Part shown: piece after piece, positions 39,727 to 50,500 of the stretch
Layout of the letters: every line of letters starts with the position of its first letter
Position numbering within the stretch: position 1 is the first letter of the stretch
Notes under the pieces: generated by a model
Seen by the model: only the letters and a program-made list of their open reading frames with translations
The model's database searches: none
What the model was told of the DNA's origin: nothing
Source: Prorocentrum cordatum
Lineage: Eukaryota
DNA: 64,000 nucleotides
Direction: 5' to 3'
Assembly (NCBI GenBank): GCA_963575745.1
Contig: CAUYUJ010000003.1
Coordinates: 806,001 to 870,000 of the forward strand
Made by a program: the position numbers and the translations under genes

Positions 39727-40055
39727 CCGCCGCCGCCGTCGCCGCCGCATTCCCGCGGCTGGGCCGCCGCCGCGTCGACAGGTCGCGGGCCCTGCCGCAA
39801 GCAGCGAGAGAGAGAGAGGCGCAGGCCGCCCGGCGGGGGGAAATGGGCGGAGGCTGGGGGCCCCGTGCCTCCGGCAGCATCTCGGCCAGTGCCTGCTCGG
39901 CCTCCTGACAGGCATGCTCGACTCAAGATGGTGGACGTTGTCCTATTCGGCGTTTCGACATTGGGCGGGAGGGAGGGGGGGGGGTCGGGGGTCTGGCTCC
40001 GGACTCTGCTTAAGGCGACTGTGTACAACAGTGCGTCCCATGGTGGCGACTCCAC
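29970..40055 (-). CDS. Best-supported host exon chain (19 exons, about 430 aa), uncharacterised protein
   Basis: Exons 40005-40055, 39902-39942, 39581-39637, 38599-38654, 38302-38340, 35854-35888, 33358-33422, 33183-33229, 32686-32807, 32418-32477, 32251-32306, 32023-32087, 31477-31670, 31332-31384, 31012-31165, 30844-30925, 30693-30724, 30404-30443, 29970-29997. All have AG acceptors; donors are 11 GT, 5 GC, 3 GA. They join without stops: VESPPWDALLYTVALSRDNVHH...GWLTRLFPLYVEVERSPRCQKP...ADDFDVPMRHKLNLEQLSSKPRSRFWGEMVTALRAAWAREGNQRSAVAEMACVLHVFSRNCIVFQVAQNVTGAGQIFWQTGKVNKRARLHDLLATAPREFRTQWRQFGKG...SALFIRARLEDLL...FAAGGLARGPL...VDILNALHA. Some boundaries are ambiguous. Confidence 0.65.
32502..32639. 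mobile_element. MITE-like inverted-repeat element
   Basis: Left GGGTCAATGCAAGCCCGTGTCAGTCAG matches the reverse complement of right CTGACTGACACTGGATTGCATTGACCC (2 mismatches). No clear TSD. Confidence 0.75.
33459..33631. mobile_element. MITE-like inverted-repeat element
   Basis: TIRs of about 35 bp: TGGGGAAACGGGTCCTGAGGGAAACGGGTCCTGA versus TCAGGACCAGTTTCCCTCAGGACCCGTTGCCCCCA. Confidence 0.8.
34500..35200. repeat. Degenerate tandem repeat of about 295 bp (TTCGACATGCGCGCG...GAACATGTTGAAAAACCGATG)
   Basis: About 2.3 units. Confidence 0.65.
35895..38060. mobile_element. Foldback-type element: two oppositely oriented arrays of a unit of about 160-210 bp
   Basis: 35895-36920 repeats GAAATCGCAGGGTTCGCGACGTCGGTGATGCGCAAACC...CTGGAGCAAAACCAACCTTGGGA. 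36960-38060 repeats the reverse complement (GGTTTGCGCATCACCGACGTCGCGAACCCTG...). Confidence 0.85.
38790..39490 (-). repeat. GGCCCAAGA family repeat, inverted orientation
   Basis: TCTTGGGCC and TTTTGGAGC motifs are complementary to 28590-29770. Confidence 0.65.
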
Positions 40056-40290
40056 CTGCTTGAGTCAGGTGCCAAAAACAGCCAAGAGATTACTCCATGG
40101 GGGAGGAAAGGGGGGGTGCGAGGGCCCACGCCGATCGGCAAAACAATGAATAAGACAACGGTCGCATACGAGCAGTTTATGATTATGTCATGTTTCTTCG
40201 AGTCTTTCCCCTTTCATCTCCCACATTCCCCTTCATCCCCCCTTCATCCCCTTCATCCCCCACATCGAAAGGAAAAACAAACTGCAGAAA

Positions 40291-40857
40291 CATAAACTTT
40301 CGACGGCCGCGCGGATCTCTTGGATCTGCGCTAGAGCGCCAGGGGCGGCACCGGAGGCGCCGCCGCGGGGGGCCCAGCACAGATCCAAGAGATCCGCGCG
40401 GAGCGCCGACAGTTTATGCTTGTGCAGTTTTTCTTCTTCGAGCCCTTCCCTTTTCATCCCCCACATCCCCTCCCGACCTCATCCGCCCGTCCCTCGTCCA
40501 CATACTGCACCTAGGCGGCGAAGAGTGTAATACCCTTGTACCTTCACTGAGACGCAGGAGCCAGGGACAGGGGGGACGGTGTCCCATTCAAGACGCGAGG
40601 GTTCGGCCGAAGACCGACCAACAACGCATCATGGCCCGCCGTTGTTTCGCACGCCAGCCCGTGACTCATTCGTGAAATGTACCAGGAACAAGTGCATAAC
40701 AACATAAGCTGTCGACGGCAGCCCAGATTTCTTGGATCTGCGATGGACCTCCTCCCCGGCGCGCGAAGCGCGCCAGGGGCGGCGCCGAAGGCGCCGCCAG
40801 GGGAACCCGGCGCCGATCCAAGAAATCCGCGCGGAGCACCCAAGATTTGTGTTTATG
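40291..40857. mobile_element. Two copies of a hairpin MITE (40291-40418 and 40703-40857)
   Basis: CATAAAC..CGAC..CCGCGCGGATCTCTTGGATCTG ... CAGATCCAAGAGATCCGCGCGG..CGACAGTTTATG. The second copy is diverged. Confidence 0.75.
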
Positions 40858-41654
40858 CCTTATGCCCTCTTCGAAGACCAGATGAATGATCACAAGAGAA
40901 TCCAGCGGCGAGCGAGGGGGGAGGTGAGAAGGGGCGGGCCTTCTCAAAAGGCTCGGAAGTCCCCCAGCCTCCTGAGAAGTTTTCTGAGCCTCCCCCGAAA
41001 ACACCGAAAACTTCTCAGAAGACGCGAGGGCTTCCGAGAAGCCCCGCCGCCTTCTGAGAAGGCCTCCTCCCTCTCACTTCCTCCCTCCCTCACATTTATC
41101 CTTCTCCTGCCCCTCCTCCTTTCCCCCTCGTCCTCCTTTCTCCTTTTCGGTTATCTTTCTCCTTCTCCTTCGCCTTCTCCTTCTTTTTCTCCTCCTCACT
41201 TCCCCCCCCACTCCCCCCTCGCCGCCGAGAAAATATGCCGGCGGGCGTTCCCAAAGGGCTCGCTCTGTGCAAGCCGCGGCCGTGGAAACAGCCGCGGGTT
41301 TTCGAGCGCCTCGAGCCCGCGCGCCCCGACCCCGTCGCCTCGAGAGCACGTCATCGTCGCCCTGGCCGCGTGCCGCCTCTCTGCAGGCCCCGGGGGGCCT
41401 CGGCCCTCGAGTGGGCACCCCCACTGCTCAAGGGCGCCTGCCTTCTCACTTCCCTCCCCGTCGCTGGCCGCCGAGTTCAAATCTCAGACACGAGCCACCC
41501 AGGTACCTACGCTTCGAAATCTCCCCCGCCCCGAGGGACGGCGGCCCAAGCCCGCTGATCGGCAAAAGCCTCAGGGGAAGCACTCAAGCTCCATTGCTTA
41601 CATGGCCTGCTCGTGAGTCAAGAAGGGCGCCTGCCTGCCTTCGCGCAGGGGGGG

Positions 41655-41800
41655 GCATCTTTCCCAAACCAAACTGGTCTTCCCAAACCAAAGCTCCAGT
41701 AAAGGTGACCGGGGGCTTGGATTGGGAATACCTGGTTGGTTGGTATGGGAAGGCCCGGCTGGTTTGGGAAAGCCCGGGGCGCGGTTTGGGAAAACCCACT
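41655..41800. repeat. TCTTCCCAAACC repeat family, head-to-head arrangement
   Basis: Same family as 47730-48075 (plus) and 50890-51105 (minus). Confidence 0.75.
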
Positions 41801-41821
41801 TGGTCATAACTACGGCGCGGC

Positions 41822-42300
41822 TGGGGGTGTCCCGCCGTGGTGTCCCGCCGTGGTGTCCCGCCGTGGTGTCCCGTCGGTGTCCCTTCGGTGTCCGCGGGCG
41901 GTGGCCGGGGGTGTCCCGACGTGGTGTCCCGTCGGTGTCACGTCGGTGTCCCGTCGGTGCCCCGTCGGTGCCCCGCCGGTGTTCCGTCGGTGTCCCGTCG
42001 GTGTCCCGTCGGTGTCCCGTCGGTGTCCCGCCGTCGGTGTCCCGCCGTCGGTGTCCCGTCGGTCTCCGAACGGTGCCCCGTCGGTGTCCCGATTGGTGTC
42101 CCGATTGGTGTCCTTTAGGTTCCCCAGTCCCCAGTGACGTTTCGATTGGTGGTTCGATGGTGTCCCTTTGGTGTCCCGATAAGTGCCCCGATTGGTGCTC
42201 CGATGGTGTCCCGACGTGTCCCAGACGGTGTCCCGATGGTGTCCCGATCGTATGGCGGTGCCCCGATGGTGCCCCGATCGTATCGAGGTGGTTTCCAGGA
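41822..42300. repeat. 11-12-bp minisatellite (GGTGTCCCGTC)n
   Basis: Seen directly. Confidence 0.9.
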
Positions 42301-42539
42301 TCGCGAATGAGATTGATAATCAGATTTGGGGGGTGAGCTCGAAGGGAACCGGAGACGCCAAACGGCCCACCACCACCCGACACGGGGTCGTAGTGAGATC
42401 GATGGAACGAAACCGAACATGACATCGGTCAAATGAGATCAGGAAGTTGACATCGATGGCCGAATTCGACAGGGACATCGACCGCTCAGCCACGGGATCG
42501 ACAATGATATTGAGAGGCAGAGAGAGAGGTCAGGCGGGT

Positions 42540-45500
42540 CCTTGGTGCGCGGGGGCGGGGGCGTGAAGGCGTGGTTTCAGCCTCCGACGTGGCTCCTGGC
42601 CCTCGGCTCGGAGATGGCGCGCGCGGCCGGGCCCGCGCGGGGGCGGGCTGGTGGCGCCATGGAGCTCGCCGCCGGGCGCGGTGCGCTGGGCCGACAGCGC
42701 GGCTCGGCGGCGCCGCCACTGCCCTCGAGATGGGAGGGGTGCGTGGCCGAGCCTGGCCCAGAGGCGGGGGGGCGGGGGCGCGCCCCCGCGCGGGGGCTTG
42801 GCTGCGAGTGGCCCCTGGGCGACCTCGGCGGCGCGCGGGAACGCGCTGGCGCGGCTGAGCTGATGGGCGTGATCAGCGGTGCATTAATGGGAATGCGCCT
42901 CATGGTGCCGCCCCGCTCGGGGAAGCCGGCTCTGGACGCGGCATTGAAAGCCAGTTGCCCCCTCGGTGCGCCCCGCGAGCTGGTCCGACTGGGCGCGCGG
43001 TGAGCGGCGCCCTGGTACTGGGCCAGGTGGTGGCCCTCCTGTGCGTCGCTGTCGCCAGCGAGGGGCGCCGTTCGCGGCGGCGGGGCAGGGCGTCTCGGCG
43101 GGGCGCGGGAAGGCGTCGGTGGCCTAGCGCCCGCGCGGCGGCCTCCCCCGCGGAGGCGCAGCAGGCCTCGGCGGTTAGCGCAGGGAGGGTGGAGAAAACG
43201 CACCACTTCGCGGACGAGCTGCAGGGCGGCGCCCCCGCGCGCAGCCCCGCCGCGGGCAGAGCCGGCATCTGCCATCGGAGGGGCGTCGGCGCCGTGGATT
43301 CGGGCCCCGGGCGGGGGCGGGCCAGCGGCGATCAGAAGATCGGCGGCCGTCGCATCTCGGGCGACGGTCCGCGCGAGACGCCGCGGGCACATGCGGAGGC
43401 AGCGCCGCCCCACAGGGGCGGCGGGGTTGTGGCAGCACTCGGTCGTCCGTCCTGCGGCAGCAAGAGCAGCGCGCGCCCCGACGGCAAGCGCTGAGAGGAG
43501 TAGGGTGCCTCTGAGGAACCACCCTGGATGGGCGCCAGTGAGCTGCTCGGGCCGGCGGATGGCGCGCGGCTCCGGGCCTGCGGGCAGCGGTCGCTGCGCG
43601 ACGGCCTCGGGCGGCGCAGTCCGTCGGCTGGCCCGGCGCCCGCGGCGACCCGCCCGGGGCCCGTGGCAGGTTTGAGGGGCCGCGGGGGCGCTGCGGCGCT
43701 CCCCGCGGGATGGGCAGGTGCACCGCTGAGCTTTGCTGCCGTGGGTGGGGCAGTCGGCGTTGCGCTGCGCGGCGAGCGGAGCGCGTCGCGCCCGCGGGCG
43801 GGCGTTATGAGGGCGAGCAGAACAAGCGCGAGGCGCGCCATGCTGCGCAGCCCAGCGACGCGAGATTTGCCTGGAATGGCTGCGAGGCGCGAGTGCTCGA
43901 GGGGGGGCGCAAATGGCCAGCCGCCCCCGATGTCACGCAGACCCCCTTGCACGCAGAGCACGCGCAACCCCGCTGCACGTGGCGACGAAGCCAAGCAAGG
44001 GAATCAAACCCATCATGCAATATACACGCCCCGTATCTGGACCCCCTGAATTGACGCGCGCACCCTCGCCCGGGGTCGCAGCGGAGGCCGCGCAAAACTG
44101 GGCGAGAAGGAGGAGACCTTCCGCGGGCGCAGCTCTGTCGGCCGAGTGGAACCAACTGAGGCACCTTCGCTGCGGACTTGGGCGCGCAAGGCCGCGCGCC
44201 CGACTCGGCGGGCCTGGTGCCGGCGCGATCATGGCTGTTCGACCCGTGGCCAGCGCCGTCGGGGGGAGGCTCGGTGGCTTCCTCCCCCGAGGGGTCGACG
44301 GGGACGTCGGCTGCGGCCTCTGGCCCCCGTGCGCGCCAGGCGCTGGCCGCTGCGTCGGCGCCTCCCACGGGCGCGCCCCAGGCGGCCGCGGGCGGGGCAT
44401 GGCAGACCACGAGCTTGTTACAACGTTGAACGACAGGTCGCCCAGCCTGATGGAAGCGCTGGCCCGGGCCTTGCTGAGATCCGCGGACGGGGCCCTGAGC
44501 CCGTAGATCGAGTCGAGCGTGTCCGCTTGAGTGGTCACGAGGTGCTCTGTCGACTCTGTAACCGCGGCGACTTCTGCTCCCAGGCTGCGGGGCGCGCTGA
44601 TCTCGCGCGTCGGCGAGGCCCGCGAGCGCGCTGGAGCCGCGCGCGGGGGCAAGGGACAGGGCGGCGAGAGTGGGTTCAGCGGCGGGCGCGCCGAACTCCG
44701 CTGCGCCCCCGTCGCATCCCCCCTCGATGTGGTCGACGACCATGGCTTGATGGTCGGGTGGCGGGCCCGCGTCAGCGGGTGCGGCGCGGGGGTGGCGGGC
44801 TCGAGCTTCGGGGCCTTGCCGGGGGGGGGGGGCGCGGGGGGCGCCCCGCGGTCGACAGGGGGCCCGCATGCTCCTCGACGGTGCTCGGCGAAAGCGATCA
44901 TCCATTCTTGGCGGTTCGCCGCGGCGGGCGCCGCGCGCTGGATGGTCGGGGGCCGCGGCTAGATTCCCCAGTGCCGAGAGCTCCTGCGAGGCTGGCGCGG
45001 TCGCCTCAAGCGCCGGCTTGGAGGGGGCTGCTTTCTCGGGCATCGGAGCGATGGCCCAAGGTTGAGCGCGGCCTTGGACAGTCAGCGCGGTCGCGGGCGG
45101 GGTCGCGTCAGGAACGCGAAATTACTGGCGGTTGCTTCGTCCCAGCCCACGCGGTGAACCTCGGTGACCCAGTTGGTGGTCTTCAGGATAATGAGGATTC
45201 GGCCGCGCGCGGCCACTGTCGTGCTTATGCTCGCCACGCGGCGCCTGGCAGCTGCCGGCGCGGCGGTGGCGCCGCGAAGGGCCAGCGCGGCAGCTTTGGC
45301 AACTTTGCACTGCGCGGGGGCTCGCAAGCCGATGCGAGGGCCCTATTGACCTGGCCTGCGGCGCGCCCCGATGGCCTCCAGCTCGACTGAGTCGGCGCGA
45401 GCCGTGGCGAGGTCTGGCCCAGGGCTTGGGCGCCAGATGAAGTCGCGCTTGTCTGCGCTGTCTGTCGATGGGGCACCTCGGCCGATGGCGACGTCGAAGG

Positions 45501-45635
45501 TCGCCCCATCGTTGGCCAGACGCGCTGAGCGCGTCGCGGGCGCGAGCGGGCTGGATGCCGAAAGTGGCCGACAATCTGGGCTTGCCCGCCCGCGCTCCGC
45601 GGCGGCGCGGAGACTCGCGGGGCTCGGCAAGGGCC
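42540..45635 (-). mobile_element. Very GC-rich decayed ORF-bearing insert, possibly a retroelement 5' region (unassigned)
   Basis: Intronless protein-like pieces (MPEKAAPSKPALEA... at 45043; EVAAVTESTEHLVTTQADTLDSIYGLR; TVARDATAADLL...LRLRGG). No RT or endonuclease motif confidently seen. Confidence 0.3.
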
Positions 45636-45639
45636 GCAA

Positions 45640-45657
45640 AGAGAGAGAGGAATCGAA

Positions 45658-45707
<50 letters not shown>

Positions 45708-45752
45708 AAGGAAAACAAGAAGAAAAGAGAAAGAGAGAGAGAGAGAGAGGGA

Positions 45753-45791
<39 letters not shown>

Positions 45792-45990
45792 AGAGAGAGA
45801 GACAGAGAAAGAGAGAGAGAGAGGGAAAGAGAGAGAGAGAGAGAGAGAGAACAAATGAAATGGAAGGAGAACGAGAGGGATGGAGAGGGAGGGAGAGAGA
45901 GAGAGAGAGATTAAATAAATCAATCGAGATACTGGTACCCAAACATATATATATACACATATATATGGGAGAGAGAGAGAGAGAGAGAGC
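45640..45990. repeat. (GA)n microsatellite
   Basis: Seen directly. Confidence 0.95.
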
Positions 45991-46016
45991 ATCCACAGAA
46001 AAGCTCGGGGACAACC

Positions 46017-46038
46017 TCCGCAGCCATTTTGGCTCAAG
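46017..46038 (+). other. Genomic copy of the dinoflagellate spliced leader (relic SL)
   Basis: TCCGCAGCCATTTTGGCTCAAG is 21/22 identical to DCCGTAGCCATTTTGGCTCAAG. It is not followed by a GT donor, so it is not an SL RNA gene. Confidence 0.92.
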
Positions 46039-47467
46039 ACGGCTCAGGGTTGCCTCGAAAAATTGGGGGGCCAACTCTGTTCTGTGTACCTGAGCCATTT
46101 CCATCGTTTTTCGCTCATGATCTGTCCACGCATGGGAGCTGCTGCGCTGGTACTTCATGTTCGGAACGCATGCGTCGCCTCCGGCCTGCTGTATCCGTGG
46201 GGCGGCGGCTTGTTTCCGAGTTGTGGGTGGGCGATTTGGGCGGGGGCGATCCAACGGAGGATCCCAGTAGCTAGAGGCCTGCGAATGCGCAGCCTCATCC
46301 CCGTCCTGCCCACCAGGCGAAGTCACCCGACATCTGCGTCAAACTGCATGACAAAGCGGCACGCAGCAGTTACAACATGCCAAGCTGGATCTCAGCACGG
46401 GCGCCCCCCCCACAGCCCCCCCCCCCCAAGAGCATCGACATCGCCTTCAGCCTGACAGAAGGTGCCGATCTCCCTGCCTGGGCCCACGGCATCGTCAACG
46501 GATCCTGGTGGAGCGGATTGTCGTTGGCCGTTTCTGCGATGACGCACGGGGTGGGCAGAGACGAAGAGGTCGCCCTCGAGCGTAGACAAGGTTTCGAGAA
46601 AGTGGCGATCGCAAATATCGGAAGGAACGAACACGCTTGCGAAAAAAAACACCTCGCGCGCATATACGACACCTTCCCCGATACCAAGTTTTTGACCAAG
46701 ACGAACGCAGTATCTCCCGGTATGAGAAGGTCCATGGTGGATGCCAGTCAAGATTGTTCCTATGGCTTCATCCCCCACCCATGGATGATTACACGCCGTT
46801 ACCTGACAGTGTTGCGCGAAAGAGCGTAGGAGAACCATGCATTGTTTCCTGAATTCCGTCATGGCAATTTCGTCGGCGGCAGCACAGAAGCGAAGGAATT
46901 GCCTGGCTATCTGGTAGTTCACCCTGCTAGAGCTCAACAGGATGATTGCGATTTGAACTGGCCGCTTTTCAACAGGCAAGGGCGGCCCCAATCTTACATG
47001 AGACTGACGGCCAGGGCACATTCTCGATCCGCTGCGATGCGTTGGCACAGTTTCCTCACGATTGGTACCCCACTTCGAGCAATCTCGCGCACATATGTGT
47101 CCTGGCTACATGGGAAGACACCACGACGATGCCGTTATGGAGGTTTCCCCTTCAGTGCTCAGCAATGAAAGGTTCATGGTTTGACTTTCCTGTATACCGA
47201 ATATCGCCGAGCATTGTGATCTTGTCCGGCGAGAAGAGAAATAGTCATACCGGCTCCATTTGCACGGGGAAATCTTATGTCCATCATAAGTTAACTGGCG
47301 CGCGTTTGGCGCGCGCCCATAGAGCGTAACAGACGTCTCCACTATACTTGCGTTTGCATGCTCCACGCGCGTTTGGCGCGGCTCGCGGTTGGCGCGCATT
47401 TTGCGCGTCGACTGCTTCGCCGTCTAGTAGCTGACTTGCCCTCTGGTTGTAAAAAGCTGCGGCAAAC
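46017..47467 (+). pseudogene. Processed retrocopy of a trans-spliced mRNA encoding a DUF3431-like membrane-anchored protein
   Basis: SL at the 5' end. Intronless frame pieces: ATG at 46117, then 46377-46829 and 46842-47168, separated by an in-frame TAG. Motifs NIGRNEHAC..HLARIYDTFPDTKFLTK and CRYGGFPFSA resemble the DUF3431 NxGRExHxYxxHIxxxYDxLPD motif and its C-terminal cysteine motif. A-rich 3' end. Candidate TSD 46001-46015 / 47468-47482. Confidence 0.75.
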
Positions 47468-47510
47468 AAACTCGGGGGCAACAAAATTCTAGTCAGCACG
47501 AGGTGCCCCT

Positions 47511-50500
47511 AGAGGTGCCCGCCCCCGAATGGCGAAGCTGGAAGAGGGTCTGTTTGGATAGAGCAGCTCGCGCGCTCGATGCGATGCGCCAGTGGTCCTT
47601 TTGCGCGGCCGCCCGTGGCATCCAGAGGCGCTCCCGCGCCGCAGTCGCCAGACGAAAGCAAGCCCATTCTGCAACCAGCCCCCGCTTGCCCTCGACGCCG
47701 ACGAGAACAAAGGGGCTCCAGGCGAGGCGGGGTTTTCCCAAACCAAACGGGTCTTCCCAAACCCAGATGTTGCGGGACAAACAACTGGGTCTTCCCAAAC
47801 CAAGCGACGGGTCTTCCCAAATCATCCCGGTCTTCCCAAACCAACCGCCTCGGTCTTCCCAAACCAACCGGGTCTTCCCAAACCAAGCAGGACTTCGAAA
47901 ACCAACCGCCTGGATCTTCCCAAACCAATCATGTTTTCCCAAACCAACTTCCCGGGTCTTCTCAACAGGAGCTGGTCTTCCCAAACAACTCCACCTGGTC
48001 TTCCCGAACCAATCCCTGGGTCTTCCCAAACCGATCGGGTCTTCGTCCAGCCCTCGTTCCCAAACCAACCTGGGTCCCCCCGGGACATAACACTGGACAT
48101 GGGCGGAATGCCAGCAGAACCTGGCGGAAGTCCGGCAGAAAACGGCCGCGGTTTGGACGACGCACTTCCGAGCGGCACGGGCGGCACCAAAATGGTCCGC
48201 GAGATGGTCCACGAAAACCACGAGTCGCCGACTGATCGGTCCAGATCGTCCAAGATGGCGTCCGAGAGGCCCCCAAGAGAGCCCGAAGTGTAAACATTCA
48301 TCGGTAGCCCTGAGGTTTTCAAGGTTTCTCGCGTTTCCGCATTTTCAGCTTCCCCTCGGTCCAAGACGGCCCAAGAGGCCCCAAAGATCGCCCCGAAACT
48401 GCCTAAGAGCCCCCCAAGAGAAAGAGAGCGCCCAGACGGCCCAAGACGCCCCCAAGACGGCCCAAGAGGCGTCGAAGACGGCCTCAAAAGGCCCCGGGCA
48501 CGCCCCAAGAGGGTCCCCAGAGGGGGTGCCCGCAGGAGGCCCCCAAGAGGTCGCAAAAAACGCGCAATGGTAAGCGGGACTTGATACATATGTAAACCAT
48601 AAGAACGGCAGTCGTCCCACATACTTGATACATACATTACACATACTTCAGGCACATAAGGCAATGGTCAGCGCGCCTTGATCCTTACTCACGCCATAAG
48701 CGCGGCATGGGCCCCACATGATTTAGACATGACTTCGAGGTACTTAAGATATGAGTATGGCACGTTCCAGACACATATTGATAGGTTTAGGACATACGCC
48801 AGGCCATGGTAAGCGTGAATCGGTACACACTCAAGCCATAAGTATGACTTAAACCCACAAGTTGGATACAAATGGGACTGACTTCAAACACACATCAGCC
48901 ATAACGAAAGCATAATTAGAACATACATCCGACACGCATAAATACATGTGTAGGGCACATGGTGGGTAATGGTAAACGTGAAGGGGTACATACGTATACC
49001 ATAAGTACGGCATGAGCCGCATATGATTGAAACGTGGCTCTCCCCAGACCGGGGTCACATGGAAGAGCGAAGGCGAAAAGGAGGGCGGAAGCGACGGCGA
49101 GAACGAAGGCGATAACGAAGGCGGGAACAAAGGCGAGAACGCAGGCGGGAACGAAATCGAAAACGAAGGCGACAGGAAAGCGGGAAGGAAGGCGAAAACG
49201 ACGGCGGCAAGGAAGGCGGGAACAAACAATGATAACGAAGGCGACAAGGACGGCGGGAAAGACGCAAAAAACGAAGGCGAGAACGCAGGCGAGAACGAAC
49301 GCGGAAACGAGACGAAAACGATGGAGAGAACGAAAGCGGAGAACGAAGGCGAGAACGAAGGCGAGGAGGAAGGCGGAAACGAAGGCGGGAACGAATGCGG
49401 TAATGAACGCGAGAACGAAGGCGGAAACGAAGACAAAAACGTCGGCGAGAACGAAGGCGGCACCGAATGCAAAAACGAGAGCGGAAACGAGGGCGCGAAC
49501 GAAGACGAAACAAAAACGGGAACGGCGGTGAGAACACCCGCATCGGTTCTCGTTGTCGCGCCCCTTCTGCGGCGGAGCATTGAAAGAACCGGCGAGGCAC
49601 GATACGCAAGAAGGAAAAGAGCATGCTGACAAGAAAAATCATCGTTGCAGTAACGGCGAGGAGCACTTGATGAGACAAGATTATCCTCGCCTTGAAAGCC
49701 CAAGGAGAGGAGCAAATGATGACAGGTCACACATTTTTCGATTTCCCTCGGAGCCCTCGTCAGAAATGCCTCGCCACGAGCGCGCAGGCAAAAAAAAAAC
49801 AGACGAGCACGAGCAATGAGTTGATGGGTGACGCGATCATCGAAGCGCCGACTGAATGCGAATATGACACCAGTCGCGTCAACGTCGGTGTTGGCTTCTG
49901 ACAACGCGTGGTTCTGTCAACACTGACTGCCAGATCGTTCAACGTCGGGAAACTCGGAACCACTGGCAGTTGTGAACCTTGAGCGCCTGCGTTGCGGTCA
50001 CTGCCGCGTCGACGCACCTCAACTCCCGGGCGGGGCAGGCGGTTGGCAGGGACCCCCGCCATCAGAGCGGTTTCTTTCCCGCTCTGATGGCGGGGGTCCC
50101 TGCCAACGAAAGTGAGAACGAAGATGGGCACGAAAGCGGGAACGAGGGCGGAAACGAGAAGGGGAAAAAGGCGGGAACGAAGTCGGGAACGAAGTCGAGC
50201 AGGAGGGTGGATACGAGGGCGGGAACGAGGGCGAAAATGATAACGGGAACGAGAGCTTAAACCAGAGCGAAAAAATGTAAGAAACGAATGCGGGAACGGA
50301 GGCAAAAACAGATGCGAAAACAAAGGCGAGAACAAAGGCGAGAACGAAGGCGGGAACGAAGGCGAAAACAAAGGCGAGAACAAATGCGAGAACGAAGGCG
50401 CGAACGGGGGCGGGAACGAGGGCGGATGCGAGAACGAAGGCGAGAACGAGAGCGAGAACGCATGGGAGAACGATCCAGAACGAATGCGAGAACGAAGGCG

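Noticed and set aside
40005..40055. LLYTVALSR as helicase motif VI
   Set aside because: The spacing differs from LLYVAxTR, and no other helicase motifs were found in neighbouring exons.
46017..46100. SL RNA gene
   Set aside because: No GT donor or SL intron follows the 22-mer; an mRNA-like ORF follows instead.
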